This document shows, piece after piece, positions 1-8,930 of a DNA stretch of 64,000 bases (position 1 is its first letter; each line of letters opens with the position of its first letter). The stretch is from the sequence record MK977694.1; one strand, 5' to 3'. Both the position numbers and the translations under genes were made by a program. The notes beneath the pieces were generated by a model. That model did not search any database and was not told where the DNA came from. It worked only from the letters and a program-made list of their open reading frames with translations. The stretch is from Escherichia phage vB_EcoM-Sa45lw.

Positions 1-1274
1 TTTTTAATAATAGCACCTTTAATACCAGAATCTTTGAGCATATCAGTCAAAATTCCTCGGTGGTATTTTTCCATTACTAAATTAGTTTTTGTCTTAACAA
101 TTTTATCAAGTTCTTCTTGAAGCAGTGCTATTTCATCAGCATGGTCAATAAACTCAGAAGATGCTTTTTCTATAGCTGCTTTAACTTTTTTAGCTTTATC
201 TACCGTCGTGATTAGAGATTGCTTTTTATTGCGAATATCATTTGCCAACGACTGCTGGGTTTTAATATTATCTCGGTATTCATCAACAAGAACTTTTAAA
301 TTATCACGGTGTGTTGAAAGCTGTTCAAATGAATGCGTACATTCAGAAACTTTATCTTTAATTTTAGAAACAACTTTATCACCGGAACTTAATTGTGACA
401 AACAGGTTGGACATAATCCACCTTCGTGATACATATTAATGACTTTATTATACGAGTCAATTTTTGATTTAATTAAAAATGCTTCTTGACCGATTTTATT
501 AAATGCATCAGTCGGGTCTTCATCCAAAACAATATTAACTAATCTTTCATTAGCTTCTTCTATTTCCGATTTTAGCGTTCTAGCTTCTTTTGCCAAATCA
601 TCATACATATTTTGAAGACGAGTAAGGTTGTCACCCGTTAATTTTTTCTGACGTTCAACATTATCATTATATATTTTAATTTGTTGGATAATACTATCTT
701 TTTTAACATCAAGCACTTGGTTTTGTGAATTTAATTCACGTATTAGTGCTTTATTAAGCTTATCCATTTCAGCTAATGTTCCTACCTCAAGCAGGTCTTC
801 CACAAGCTTTCTTCGTGCAGGGGTCGACAAACCCATGAAAGGGGTATACCCTGCTGTACCAAGGACAACAATCTGCTTGAAACTGGCATATGACATTCCG
901 ATAAGCTGTTCAAATTCTGCTTGGAAATCTTTACTGCTGGCAGATTCATTAAGACGTGTACCGTTAACGGTGATTTCGAAAACGTTTGGTTTTTGTCCTC
1001 TTTTGATATAGTACTTTTTCTCATCATATTCCATCCACAGTTCAACTAAAAGTTCTTTCTTATTTGTGCTGTTTATTAATTGACCTTTCTTTACATCACG
1101 AAATGGCTTACCAAAAAGCCCAAATGTGATGGCTTCTAGCATAGTAGACTTACCACCGCCATTTCGTCCAGTAATAAGAGTTTTTTGAACCTTATCTAAT
1201 TGAATGTCAATAGGATTTCCACCTACTGACATTATATTTTGATACCTAACTCGGTTTAGTTTAAAATTCTTCAC
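1..1274 (-). CDS. 46: Recombination endonuclease subunit gp46 (Rad50/SbcC-like ATPase), N-terminal ~424 codons; gene runs off the window start
   Basis: Manual minus-strand translation: (GTG)KNFKLNRVRYQNIMSVGGNPIDIQLDKVQKTLITGRNGGGKST... with Walker A GRNGGGKST; absent from ORF track because no stop in window; alternative ATG start at 1232; lies next to gene 47 as in T4. Confidence 0.85.
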   Translation of the reverse strand, partial: MKNFKLNRVRYQNIMSVGGNPIDIQLDKVQKTLITGRNGGGKSTMLEAITFGLFGKPFRDVKKGQLINSTNKKELLVELWMEYDEKKYYIKRGQKPNVFEITVNGTRLNESASSKDFQAEFEQLIGMSYASFKQIVVLGTAGYTPFMGLSTPARRKLVEDLLEVGTLAEMDKLNKALIRELNSQNQVLDVKKDSIIQQIKIYNDNVERQKKLTGDNLTRLQNMYDDLAKEARTLKSEIEEANERLVNIVLDEDPTDAFNKIGQEAFLIKSKIDSYNKVINMYHEGGLCPTCLSQLSSGDKVVSKIKDKVSECTHSFEQLSTHRDNLKVLVDEYRDNIKTQQSLANDIRNKKQSLITTVDKAKKVKAAIEKASSEFIDHADEIALLQEELDKIVKTKTNLVMEKYHRGILTDMLKDSGIKGAIIK

Positions 1275-1534
1275 AAAAGATTCCTTTTAATGTATCTTTT
1301 AGACCATTCTATCATATCATCATAATCTAAAAAGTATTCATCAAATTCAGCCATGCAAACAACACCTTGTGCTGTTTTTGATGTAATATAAATTATTCCA
1401 ACATATCTAGAATCTTCTTCGGTATAATCAATATTTGCTATGAATTCATCATTAATGTCAAATGTCGAAAACTTCACAATATGCATCCTTAATACAAGAT
1501 ACAGCCATATCTTGTAATGATTTAGGTGTGTCAT
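1271..1534 (-). CDS. Hypothetical small protein (46.1/46.2 position)
   Basis: ORF track; stop overlaps gene 46 GTG start; overlaps next ORF in another frame, true start probably internal. Confidence 0.4.
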   Translation of the reverse strand: MTHLNHYKIWLYLVLRMHIVKFSTFDINDEFIANIDYTEEDSRYVGIIYITSKTAQGVVCMAEFDEYFLDYDDMIEWSKRYIKRNLL

Positions 1535-1721
1535 TATCTAAAATGTTGAAGTTAAAAGATACAGCCCAGTCAGTGCAGACCGTAACCTTTTTAATACAAT
1601 TATCTTCAACCTCTAGCGGTTCAAACCAATATTCAATAATTTCTTTATGACCAATATCATCTTTTACTTCGCATTCAAAATGCTGACTCATCATAACATT
1701 TTTAAATTCATCAAAAGTCAT
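1458..1721 (-). CDS. Hypothetical small protein
   Basis: ORF track; ATGA-type overlap with gene 47 stop; no motif. Confidence 0.45.
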   Translation of the reverse strand: MTFDEFKNVMMSQHFECEVKDDIGHKEIIEYWFEPLEVEDNCIKKVTVCTDWAVSFNFNILDNDTPKSLQDMAVSCIKDAYCEVFDI

Positions 1722-2737
1722 TGTGTTGCCTCTACATATAACTGATTTGCATATTGAATAAGTGCTTCGCGATCAGAATCAGTGATGTCTGGAATTGCAT
1801 TAATGTATTCTTCCATCAACGTCTGAAGAGATTGAACTTCAACTTCTTCACTGTCATCTGACTCGACAGAGTTATCAATCTTTGACACAACTCGTAATGA
1901 ATGCACAACTTTTTCTAGTTCAGATTCGAACTTCGTTAGATTTTTGTCTACTTCAGTTACTATAACACGTACTGATAGATTTGTAAAATCTTTATAGTCA
2001 ATTTTTCCTTTAAATGGATAATGAATTCTACGATGCCAGGTAGTATTGTTTGGAATAAATTCCATTCGTTCTGTTTCTGTATCAAACATCCAGAACCCAC
2101 GAGGGTCATTCTCGTCACCTGCAGTTAGTGTCCATGGTGTCCCAATATATCTAACGTTAGCAGCCTCAGAGATAGTATGGAAGTGACCAGACCACACTTC
2201 TTTATAAGTCTTAAGGAAATCAGGTTCAAGACCATGAGATTTCATTCCTTTATAAAAATAAAATCCATTCAGTTCCCAGTGACCAACACAAAAAGAAGCA
2301 GATGAAGTTTTGATGTGTTCAAGAATTTCACCAGTATTTTCTTCACACATCCAAGGAATTAAATCAATTAAACATCCGTCAAAATCTACTGTAGTAGGCT
2401 TATCATATACTTTAACATTAGGATATTTAGCCAAAAGCTCAGTAGAAGCATTTGGATGCATTACATTTTTGTAGTGAAGATCGTGATTTCCTACAATAGT
2501 ATGTAGGGTAATACCAGCATCATCAAGCATTTGAACTATTTCACGAGCAAACTCCATAGTTTTATGCGTGATCGCTTTTCGCACATCAAAAATATCACCG
2601 TATTGAATCCATACCGTAATTCCATTTTTCTTAGAATATTCTATCGCTTGCTTAATTCCATCAATTTGAATACCGCGAATCCACTCATCATCAGCTTTAA
2701 CGCCTAAATGCCAATCACCTAAATTTAAAATTTTCAT
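1718..2737 (-). CDS. 47: Recombination endonuclease subunit gp47 (Mre11-like phosphoesterase)
   Basis: 339 aa; calcineurin-like phosphoesterase motifs (LGDWHLG, GNHD, GHWE...GH); T4 gp47 is 339 aa; adjacent to 46. Confidence 0.93.
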   Translation of the reverse strand: MKILNLGDWHLGVKADDEWIRGIQIDGIKQAIEYSKKNGITVWIQYGDIFDVRKAITHKTMEFAREIVQMLDDAGITLHTIVGNHDLHYKNVMHPNASTELLAKYPNVKVYDKPTTVDFDGCLIDLIPWMCEENTGEILEHIKTSSASFCVGHWELNGFYFYKGMKSHGLEPDFLKTYKEVWSGHFHTISEAANVRYIGTPWTLTAGDENDPRGFWMFDTETERMEFIPNNTTWHRRIHYPFKGKIDYKDFTNLSVRVIVTEVDKNLTKFESELEKVVHSLRVVSKIDNSVESDDSEEVEVQSLQTLMEEYINAIPDITDSDREALIQYANQLYVEATQ

Positions 2738-2897
2738 ATATCAAGAACCGTCATTGAAATGCAAAATAAAATTATTGAAATAAACCCATCTGGTGTGCTA
2801 AAGAACCCAATCCAACATGCTCTAGTGAATAGATAAAATGCGAGAAAAAGTATCACATATCCAAGAAATATCATTATATCAAACTCTGTATAAAGCT

Positions 2898-2915
2898 AAA
2901 GGGCCGAAGCCCTTT
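2898..2915. other. GC hairpin AAAGGGCCGAAGCCCTTT directly 3' of a-gt stop (UUCG tetraloop on the minus-strand RNA); no clean U-tract on minus strand
   Basis: Perfect inverted repeat read from sequence. Confidence 0.4.
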
Positions 2916-4116
2916 ATTTTGTAATAATGTCAAACTGTTCTTTAAAGCAGAAGCTTGAATCTTGATGCTGATACAAAAATTCATAAGCTTTTTCGCGTTC
3001 GCGGTCATAAAGAATTCGGTCAGATGACAGTTCTTTAATACGTTCAAATGTTGATTCCATGTCATTTTCATCAAACCAAATGATACCGCTATCATGCGAG
3101 GTCAAAGGAGTATTATCAACACGGAATTTTAAATTTTCGCCAGTAGATTTCCAAAATACCGGAATTGTTCCACATGCACCAAGCTCGAGATGAGTATATT
3201 CTAAAGAACGTTGTAGATATTTTTTATCCAACTTACTCAACTGATAACCAAAACCGGATTTACTCATACGTTCAAGCATTTCGCTATTTACATAACGGTC
3301 AAGAATTTGCGTTGGCAAATTAGGAGCAATTTTAATTTGGTCTACTTGATGAAGACGATAATACTCGTATGGAATTCCTTTTTCTTTAATAGGAATGAAC
3401 GCTGGAGAACGTTCCAGACCTTCCATAATAGTACTTAGTCCTGCAGGTTTAAGATGTTTTTCATGAAAATCAAACATCTGATAAAAACCTTTCCATGTAG
3501 TCGTACGACCAATCCAACGGTTAACATTCATGTTAATTTCAGAAACATCTTTCCAGTAGGTTGATCGAACCTTCGCAATATCCATAGGAGGCTGAAAGTT
3601 ATATACTGTCGGTGCTTCTTCAATATCATCAAACAGAGAAACAGTTTCTGGATACCATTCTTTCATCAGAACTTTATTAAAATCACCATTATCAGAATGG
3701 CTAAAAATAACATCAGCTCGACGAACAGTTTCTTCTAATCCCAAATTTCGGCGCAAAGAAAGAGAAGAATGGTCATGTTGATAAACTACAACACGAACAG
3801 AAGGTTTAATGTTATCAATAATTTTTTTATAGTTATTAATAGTGTCTTCTTCAACCGAAGTAGCAGGAACTGAATTGATAATTAGAATATCACAATCATT
3901 TACCAGCTTAAGTGTTTTATCGTATTCTTTTGCCAATAAAACCGGAATTGAAAATGATTTATAATCATGTGCGCAATTACGAGTAAATGATTTATCTTTA
4001 GCATAAACCAAAGTCACTTCATGACCATTTTTAATAAACCAATCACGTTGCTCGAGTGAGAATTTAGTTACACCACAGCCTTCAAGACCTCGAGCCATAA
4101 AAATACATACTTTCAT
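2914..4116 (-). CDS. a-gt: DNA alpha-glucosyltransferase (hmC-DNA modification)
   Basis: 400 aa, N-terminus MKVCIFMARGLEGCGVTKFSLEQRDWFIKNGHEVTLVYAKDKSF matches remembered T4 AGT; position between 47 and 55. Confidence 0.85.
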   Translation of the reverse strand: MKVCIFMARGLEGCGVTKFSLEQRDWFIKNGHEVTLVYAKDKSFTRNCAHDYKSFSIPVLLAKEYDKTLKLVNDCDILIINSVPATSVEEDTINNYKKIIDNIKPSVRVVVYQHDHSSLSLRRNLGLEETVRRADVIFSHSDNGDFNKVLMKEWYPETVSLFDDIEEAPTVYNFQPPMDIAKVRSTYWKDVSEINMNVNRWIGRTTTWKGFYQMFDFHEKHLKPAGLSTIMEGLERSPAFIPIKEKGIPYEYYRLHQVDQIKIAPNLPTQILDRYVNSEMLERMSKSGFGYQLSKLDKKYLQRSLEYTHLELGACGTIPVFWKSTGENLKFRVDNTPLTSHDSGIIWFDENDMESTFERIKELSSDRILYDREREKAYEFLYQHQDSSFCFKEQFDIITK

Positions 4117-4140
4117 TTAATATCCTCTTTGTTTTGGTTT

Positions 4141-4164
4141 ATTTTACCAAAAATTTATAAAGCA
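4141..4164 (-). promoter_or_regulatory. Candidate T4 middle promoter (MotA box TGCTTTA, 11 nt, -10 TAAAAT) upstream of a-gt
   Basis: Minus strand reads ...tTGCTTtataaatttttggTAAAATaaacc...AGAGGata ATG. Confidence 0.45.
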
Positions 4165-4168
4165 ATAT

Positions 4169-4184
4169 AGGAGCCGAAGCTCCT
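4169..4184. other. Hairpin AGGAGCCGAAGCTCCT (UUCG tetraloop on minus-strand RNA) upstream of a-gt promoter
   Basis: Perfect inverted repeat. Confidence 0.4.
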
Positions 4185-4359
4185 ATCCGCATAATACACC
4201 GTATAGAGGCTCATTAGAGCTTCTAAATTTTATACGCTTATATGTTATAGTTCCTTCTGCTTTAGCTTTATCATGAGACTCTTTAAAGCGTCTCATCATT
4301 TCCTCTTTAGAGGAACGAACTTTATTATAATCTATTTCAGAAGTCTGGGTGTTCATCTT

Positions 4360-4563
4360 TCATAACTGCCACCATTTTTTGACTTGATAAGAATCAACCC
4401 ACACTTTCATATTAGGGTCTGCTCTTACAATAGGAGGATTAACTTCTTTAATTGAACTATCATGGTATTCTTTTTCAGAAATTTTCACACAAAGATGACC
4501 ATTCAAAGATTCAGTAAATCCTGCATTAATTTTAAGACGCTTGAATTTTACATGTGTAAGCAT
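4360..4563 (-). CDS. Hypothetical small protein
   Basis: ORF track (start trimmed from TTG to adjacent ATG); overlaps next ORF by ~30 nt. Confidence 0.4.
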   Translation of the reverse strand: MLTHVKFKRLKINAGFTESLNGHLCVKISEKEYHDSSIKEVNPPIVRADPNMKVWVDSYQVKKWWQL

Positions 4564-4849
4564 CAATCATATCCTCAATCTGCGATCTAGTAGTCTTCCA
4601 AAGAATACTGATAAGTTCATCGTTATATGGCTGTTTTAGAATATCCCGACTTTTCTTGATAGCATATTCGTATTGAGCAAAATTATTGTTTTCAGCTGCG
4701 ATCTGAGCGTGCTTATAAAGACGATTCAGTTCGCGTTTGTTTTTAGACAATAACTTATTTGCTTTTCTTTCTGCTTCAAGACGGTTCTTTTCTTCAATAG
4801 AAGAAATAAGCTTTTCCACTTCATCATTAATTTCGGGTTTGTCAGTCAT
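4532..4849 (-). CDS. Hypothetical charged/coiled-coil protein (105 aa)
   Basis: ORF track; ATG start; heptad-like charged sequence. Confidence 0.5.
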   Translation of the reverse strand: MTDKPEINDEVEKLISSIEEKNRLEAERKANKLLSKNKRELNRLYKHAQIAAENNNFAQYEYAIKKSRDILKQPYNDELISILWKTTRSQIEDMIDAYTCKIQAS

Positions 4850-4850
4850 A

Positions 4851-5069
4851 TTATTTCTCTAATATAAAATAAAAATCATCATCTGTTAAATGATACCGAT
4901 AGTTTAATTCTACACCATTAGATTTAAAAGCGGTATCATACGGATTTTCTGGATCAATATCAATGTCAAGAGCTAAAACTTCCCTGAGATACATTTTAAG
5001 TAAATAGGGAATAGCTTCAACTTCAGGTATTTCTTCCAAGAATCCGGAGAGGTTAATCGTTAGCCTCAT
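4851..5069 (-). CDS. Hypothetical protein (72 aa)
   Basis: ORF track; ATG start; abuts gene 55. Confidence 0.5.
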
Positions 5070-5610
5070 ATAAAAAATCCAAACTAGGAGAATCGTCTAC
5101 AACACTTTTCTTTTCAGCCCCCGGTGTTCTATAGGTTGATTCTTCGTAATGCGTCATTTTATCGTAGATGTCTTGAATAAAAGTTTCATCTACTAACGCA
5201 ACCATATCGTCGTCACGGCTGTCATAGACATTGTGAACGAAGTAACTATATTTCTTTGCAACTTCCTTACGTTCTTTTTTAATACGTTGGACGAATGCAT
5301 TAAAACAAGCTTGAGTTATATATGCATGTGGGTTTTTATATTTCGTTTCATCAAAATTATGAAGCCCCTTAATAGAAGCTTCTATACCATCTGCAATCAT
5401 TTCTTGTTTCCAAGACTGGGTGTATCCTGAAAAGTTGAAACGTTTAGATAAGCCTTCTGCAATAAGCATAATGGCTAATCCGATAGTATCATTCTGACGA
5501 ACTACTTTATTTGGGTCTTTATTATTTGCTAATTCTGTTTTCCAATCAATAATAGCTTGTAAAAGCTCTTTATTGTTTACGTAATTATATTTAGGCTTAG
5601 TTTCTGACAT
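5053..5610 (-). CDS. 55: Late-transcription sigma factor gp55
   Basis: [30 protein letters not shown]... matches remembered T4 gp55 N-terminus (185 aa); ORF track extends 2 codons upstream (5616). Confidence 0.9.
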
Positions 5611-5688
5611 TTTCACCTCTTAGCTCAATTCATAGATCTATTATATCATAATATTTGAAGATCTATCTTAAAGCATAGAGGATATCAG

Positions 5689-5958
5689 TTATCTAAGTAA
5701 ACAGTATGCTTGGAACACTTTCTCCATCATCTTTTTAAATTCATGAATATCTATGTAATGACTAGTTAAATCAGCATGATATAAAAAGTCTAAAAACTTT
5801 TCATGTGTGCTAACATATTCACTTTCATTTAATTCAGAAACATGACTTTCCCAATATCCAACACCAGTCTTATTTGGGAAAAATGAAATTTTCATGTATT
5901 GGTCAACATAGAAAATGCCATAATTTTCAATAGTAATAGAAATATTAATAAATTTCAT
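5689..5958 (-). CDS. Hypothetical protein (89 aa)
   Basis: ORF track; ATGA overlap with upstream ORF. Confidence 0.5.
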   Translation of the reverse strand: MKFINISITIENYGIFYVDQYMKISFFPNKTGVGYWESHVSELNESEYVSTHEKFLDFLYHADLTSHYIDIHEFKKMMEKVFQAYCLLR

Positions 5959-6170
5959 ACATTCATCAGCTTAGCCGCTCCAAGAGCTGCATCTAGTGAA
6001 TCAAATTGGTCAACGTATTCAATCAATTCGCCGTAATTAGCGTATAACCACCATTGGCTAAATTCATACTCAAGGATGAATCCATTTCCTTCAATTTGAG
6101 TTAAACCATTGCCGTTTGTATTTACTTCATATCCGGCAAGACGCAAATCGTTAATAATAGCTTCGTTCAT
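5955..6170 (-). CDS. Hypothetical protein (71 aa)
   Basis: ORF track; ATG start. Confidence 0.5.
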   Translation of the reverse strand: MNEAIINDLRLAGYEVNTNGNGLTQIEGNGFILEYEFSQWWLYANYGELIEYVDQFDSLDAALGAAKLMNV

Positions 6171-6172
6171 AA

Positions 6173-6499
6173 TTATACCTTAGTAATTTTCAGGTCTGCA
6201 AATTTTTTCTTGCGTTGATTTTTCATGCGACGAATAGTTTTATCGGAAATTTCATGCTTTTGATAAGCTTTAGATTCTACACCAAAAGCTTTAACATCAA
6301 ATTCTGACAAGATATATTGAACCAACAATTCACGGACAGTATTGCGTCCAATTTTCTGATCATTCTGTTTCATCGTCTGATGAAGTTCTTTTTCCCATTT
6401 ATCCAAAATTTGAGGAGTTACAATATCGCCTTTTTCTAGCAAAGAAACTACTTTATCATATGCGTAAGAATTGATGGCGTTTTTAATTTGAATAGTCAT
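6173..6499 (-). CDS. Hypothetical protein (108 aa)
   Basis: ORF track; ATG start. Confidence 0.5.
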   Translation of the reverse strand: MTIQIKNAINSYAYDKVVSLLEKGDIVTPQILDKWEKELHQTMKQNDQKIGRNTVRELLVQYILSEFDVKAFGVESKAYQKHEISDKTIRRMKNQRKKKFADLKITKV

Positions 6500-6534
6500 A
6501 CATTATCCTCAATTGCGTTAAAATTTTATTATCC

Positions 6535-6554
6535 AAAAAAGGGCCGAAGCCCTT
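6535..6554 (-). terminator. Intrinsic terminator (minus strand): GGGCUUCGGCCC hairpin + U6 directly after stop of 6553..6753
   Basis: Minus strand reads gctaaGGGCTTCGGCCCttttttgg. Confidence 0.6.
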
Positions 6555-6753
6555 AGCTAAACTTTTTGGCACCCTTCCAGCCTTCATACATCATTGCGGC
6601 TGATATTAATATTGCTCCTGAGCAACTTGAATATTTGTGATTCCAAAACCAGTTTAGAAAAACTTCATCATCAATACCTTGGGCTATCATATTTTCAAAG
6701 AACTGACGACGAGATTCGGCAATTCGTTGTGATAATTTAGATTCAGGATTCAT
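6553..6753 (-). CDS. Hypothetical protein (66 aa)
   Basis: ORF track; ATG start; followed by terminator. Confidence 0.5.
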   Translation of the reverse strand: MNPESKLSQRIAESRRQFFENMIAQGIDDEVFLNWFWNHKYSSCSGAILISAAMMYEGWKGAKKFS

Positions 6754-6885
6754 TTAAATTTTCCAGTTACCGTTTTCATCAATAAATTTAATCCAGTCAT
6801 TTACTGACCACTTAGTTGTATCACCTTTTGGAGTAACATTTAAAGTGTATAACCCCTGCTTAAAAAGCATTCGTTTGATATTCAT
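6754..6885 (-). CDS. Hypothetical small protein (43 aa; trimmed from 71-aa TTG-start ORF)
   Basis: ATG at 6885 preceded by GAGGA; track start 6969 is TTG and overlaps upstream ORF. Confidence 0.4.
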   Translation of the reverse strand: MNIKRMLFKQGLYTLNVTPKGDTTKWSVNDWIKFIDENGNWKI

Positions 6886-6892
6886 AATTTCC

Positions 6893-7186
6893 TCAGCTGT
6901 AACGATAACACTCGTTTGATTTACGTTTAGCAACTCGTTGAGAAGTATTATAATCAAAATCATCGTCAATGTAAACTGATTTTTTCAACTTTCTTACTTC
7001 ACCACGTAATTGGCGATTTAGCTCATCTTTAACTTCTGAATCAATACCTTTCATTCTACGCCATTTATCTGAGCGAAAAATGTTTTCAACCATATCTTTA
7101 TGACTTACCCCATCAGGAGCTTTACGCTTTCCGAAATAGTCATAATCACGCACTTTTAAGTCTTTACGACGATACGTTTTACCCAT
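6893..7186 (-). CDS. Hypothetical highly basic protein (97 aa from ATG)
   Basis: ORF track 6893..7225 begins at GTG; ATG at 7186; Lys/Arg-rich. Confidence 0.45.
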   Translation of the reverse strand: MGKTYRRKDLKVRDYDYFGKRKAPDGVSHKDMVENIFRSDKWRRMKGIDSEVKDELNRQLRGEVRKLKKSVYIDDDFDYNTSQRVAKRKSNECYRYS

Positions 7187-7361
7187 GGAGTTTAATTTCC
7201 TTAGCAACTGAACTAAATGCAGCACGATCGCAAATCATGCGTTTATGTAACTTGAGTATAATATAGCAAACTTCAAAACTATTTACATGAGTAACACGAA
7301 CAGCATTACCATTAATGAGATAATACTGTCCCTTTTTAATTTCTTTATCAACCACAACCAT
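7179..7361 (-). CDS. Hypothetical protein (60 aa)
   Basis: ORF track; GAGGA + ATG directly downstream of early promoter 7392..7421. Confidence 0.5.
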   Translation of the reverse strand: MVVVDKEIKKGQYYLINGNAVRVTHVNSFEVCYIILKLHKRMICDRAAFSSVAKEIKLHG

Positions 7362-7391
7362 ATCAAATCCTCAAAGGTAATTCATATGTTA

Positions 7392-7421
7392 ATAATACCA
7401 CGGTTTGAACTTGTTGTAAAC
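7392..7421 (-). promoter_or_regulatory. T4-type early promoter (-35 GTTTAC, 18 bp, -10 TATTAT)
   Basis: Minus strand: aaagttGTTTACaacaagttcaaaccgtggTATTATtaacat; followed by SD+ATG. Confidence 0.6.
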
Positions 7422-7490
7422 AACTTTGTGAAAAATATTTCAGGGAATGATAAGAAAGGAACGATAGCTTAGAATGGTAATATACAGAAT

Positions 7491-7516
7491 GTAAGAAAGA
7501 AAGGCCCAGAGGGCCC
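7491..7516 (-). terminator. Intrinsic terminator (minus strand): GGGCC-tct-GGGCC hairpin + U-rich tract after nrdH-like stop
   Basis: Minus strand reads agatGGGCCctctGGGCCtttctttctt. Confidence 0.55.
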
Positions 7517-7519
7517 ATC

Positions 7520-7843
7520 TTAGTCTTCTATGATATCTCTATCATATCCAAGTGAAATGAGAGTTTCTTTGAAGTGTTTAATGTTCTTTTGTCTAGAATC
7601 ATTAATGAAAATGACTGGATAACGAATGTTAAGAGATGTGAATCCAGCGCGTTTAGCAAGAGATACAATCAGCGGACGATCATACTCAATCTTACCATTA
7701 TTTGTAAGAACTTTATAGAAAGTAAAAGGAGCATTGAGCTCCTTTAGAAGTTTTGTAACTGATTGACATCCAGGACAACGACCAACTTCATCTGGAATTC
7801 CGTAGACTTCAATCTTATTCTTTAAGTTCGAGTTTTGTTCCAC
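7520..7843 (-). CDS. Glutaredoxin/NrdH-like redoxin (CPGC active site)
   Basis: ...KIEVYGIPDEVGRCPGCQSVTKLL... thioredoxin-fold CxxC; probable GTG start at 7843 after AAGGA; the track's upstream extension to 7972 is low-complexity. Confidence 0.6.
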   Translation of the reverse strand: MEQNSNLKNKIEVYGIPDEVGRCPGCQSVTKLLKELNAPFTFYKVLTNNGKIEYDRPLIVSLAKRAGFTSLNIRYPVIFINDSRQKNIKHFKETLISLGYDRDIIED

Positions 7844-8126
7844 GAGAAATAATTCCTTGGTAAGCCCAATAAGGAGGATTAACAGAATCCTCACCAGAGT
7901 TTTCTTCAGGAAAATAAACCTGGATAACGAAGCCGGATTCATCAAAGGTGAAATAAGTAGTAGGCAGTTCACCTAACAAATCGGCACGGGCGTTGATTTC
8001 TTCGAGGTCTTGTTCACGTCCAGCCCAGAAGCTTGGGTTCAGACTACATTCATAGAAATAATAGTCATTACCGAACATATCAAAACCATTCCAACTCTCT
8101 ACTACATACCGCTCAAAACTAATCAT
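7815..8126 (-). CDS. Hypothetical protein (103 aa)
   Basis: ORF track; ATG start. Confidence 0.5.
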   Translation of the reverse strand: MISFERYVVESWNGFDMFGNDYYFYECSLNPSFWAGREQDLEEINARADLLGELPTTYFTFDESGFVIQVYFPEENSGEDSVNPPYWAYQGIISRGTKLELKE

Positions 8127-8128
8127 AA

Positions 8129-8344
8129 TTAAGCCTTTTTATCAAGAACAGCATTCAGCTTGTTAGTAATTTTATCCAGACGCTTATTGAACTCACTAGA
8201 AGATAAGCCCTTTTCTGGAGAAATTAAACTAATCACGAAAAATATAGCAATAAAAGGAATAAGGAAAATAGCTCCAACTGCCATAAACAGAAAGAATGTT
8301 ACAGTTGTAAGAAAATCAGCTAAACCTTTACGAAATTTATACAT
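8129..8344 (-). CDS. Hypothetical small membrane protein (71 aa)
   Basis: ORF track; hydrophobic segment VTFFLFMAVGAIFLIPFIAIFFVISLI. Confidence 0.5.
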   Translation of the reverse strand: MYKFRKGLADFLTTVTFFLFMAVGAIFLIPFIAIFFVISLISPEKGLSSSEFNKRLDKITNKLNAVLDKKA

Positions 8345-8459
8345 ATTTTACCCTTAATTAATTAACCAAGCATTGATAAGCACTAAACTATATTGCGAAT
8401 AAAATTCTGGACCAAAATGAAAAATCATATCATTTATAGTATCCATAATGTAATTCAAT

Positions 8460-8930
8460 TTAATCATGTTTCCACACCCCATCGGTATTTGACCAAAGTC
8501 GCTGATTATCTGATCCTCGCCACAGCTTTTTGGTCGGAAGATTTTTCTCATACTTCCCATCAATAATAACATCAACATATTTAAGCATTTCTAGTTGTTT
8601 AATATCTTCAAACTTATATCCTGTCCACAACCAAATGCTTTTATTGGGATAAAGATTTTTAATAGTTTGAACCACAGAGTGAATCATGTCTCTGTTATCA
8701 GGATAAAGAGGGTCACCCCCAGTTATAGTTAATCCTTCTATATAATCATTATTCAAACATTCAATTAATTGCTCTAGTGTCTCTCCAGTGAATGGAATAC
8801 CATTTCTAGCATTCCATGTTGATTTATTATAACACCCTTCGCATTTATGCAAACAACCTGTAACGAAAAGAACGACCCTGCAACCAGGGCCATTCACAAA
8901 ATCGCAAGGATAAAATCTATCATAATTCAT
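8460..8930 (-). CDS. nrdG: Anaerobic ribonucleotide reductase activase (radical SAM)
   Basis: 156 aa; CxxxCxxC-type cluster motif (GCLHKCEGCYN); immediately downstream of nrdD with overlap. Confidence 0.9.
   Translation of the reverse strand: MNYDRFYPCDFVNGPGCRVVLFVTGCLHKCEGCYNKSTWNARNGIPFTGETLEQLIECLNNDYIEGLTITGGDPLYPDNRDMIHSVVQTIKNLYPNKSIWLWTGYKFEDIKQLEMLKYVDVIIDGKYEKNLPTKKLWRGSDNQRLWSNTDGVWKHD

Noticed and set aside
208-1045. Track ORFs 208..429 (+) and 782..1045 (-) inside the gene 46 region
   Set aside because: Both lie within the gp46 coding sequence (antisense or alternative frame); gp46 reads through in its own frame with a clear Walker A motif
1462-1650. Plus-strand ORF 1462..1650
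   Set aside because: Antisense to co-directional minus-strand ORFs; no RBS
5233-5430. Plus-strand ORF antisense to gene 55
   Set aside because: Embedded in a well-supported gene on the opposite strand
5617-5700. Early promoter upstream of gene 55 (GTAAAC at ~5696)
   Set aside because: The GTTTAC lies inside the upstream coding region and has no properly spaced -10 hexamer
7287-7472. Plus-strand ORF 7287..7472
   Set aside because: Overlaps the minus-strand early promoter and small gene; low-complexity translation
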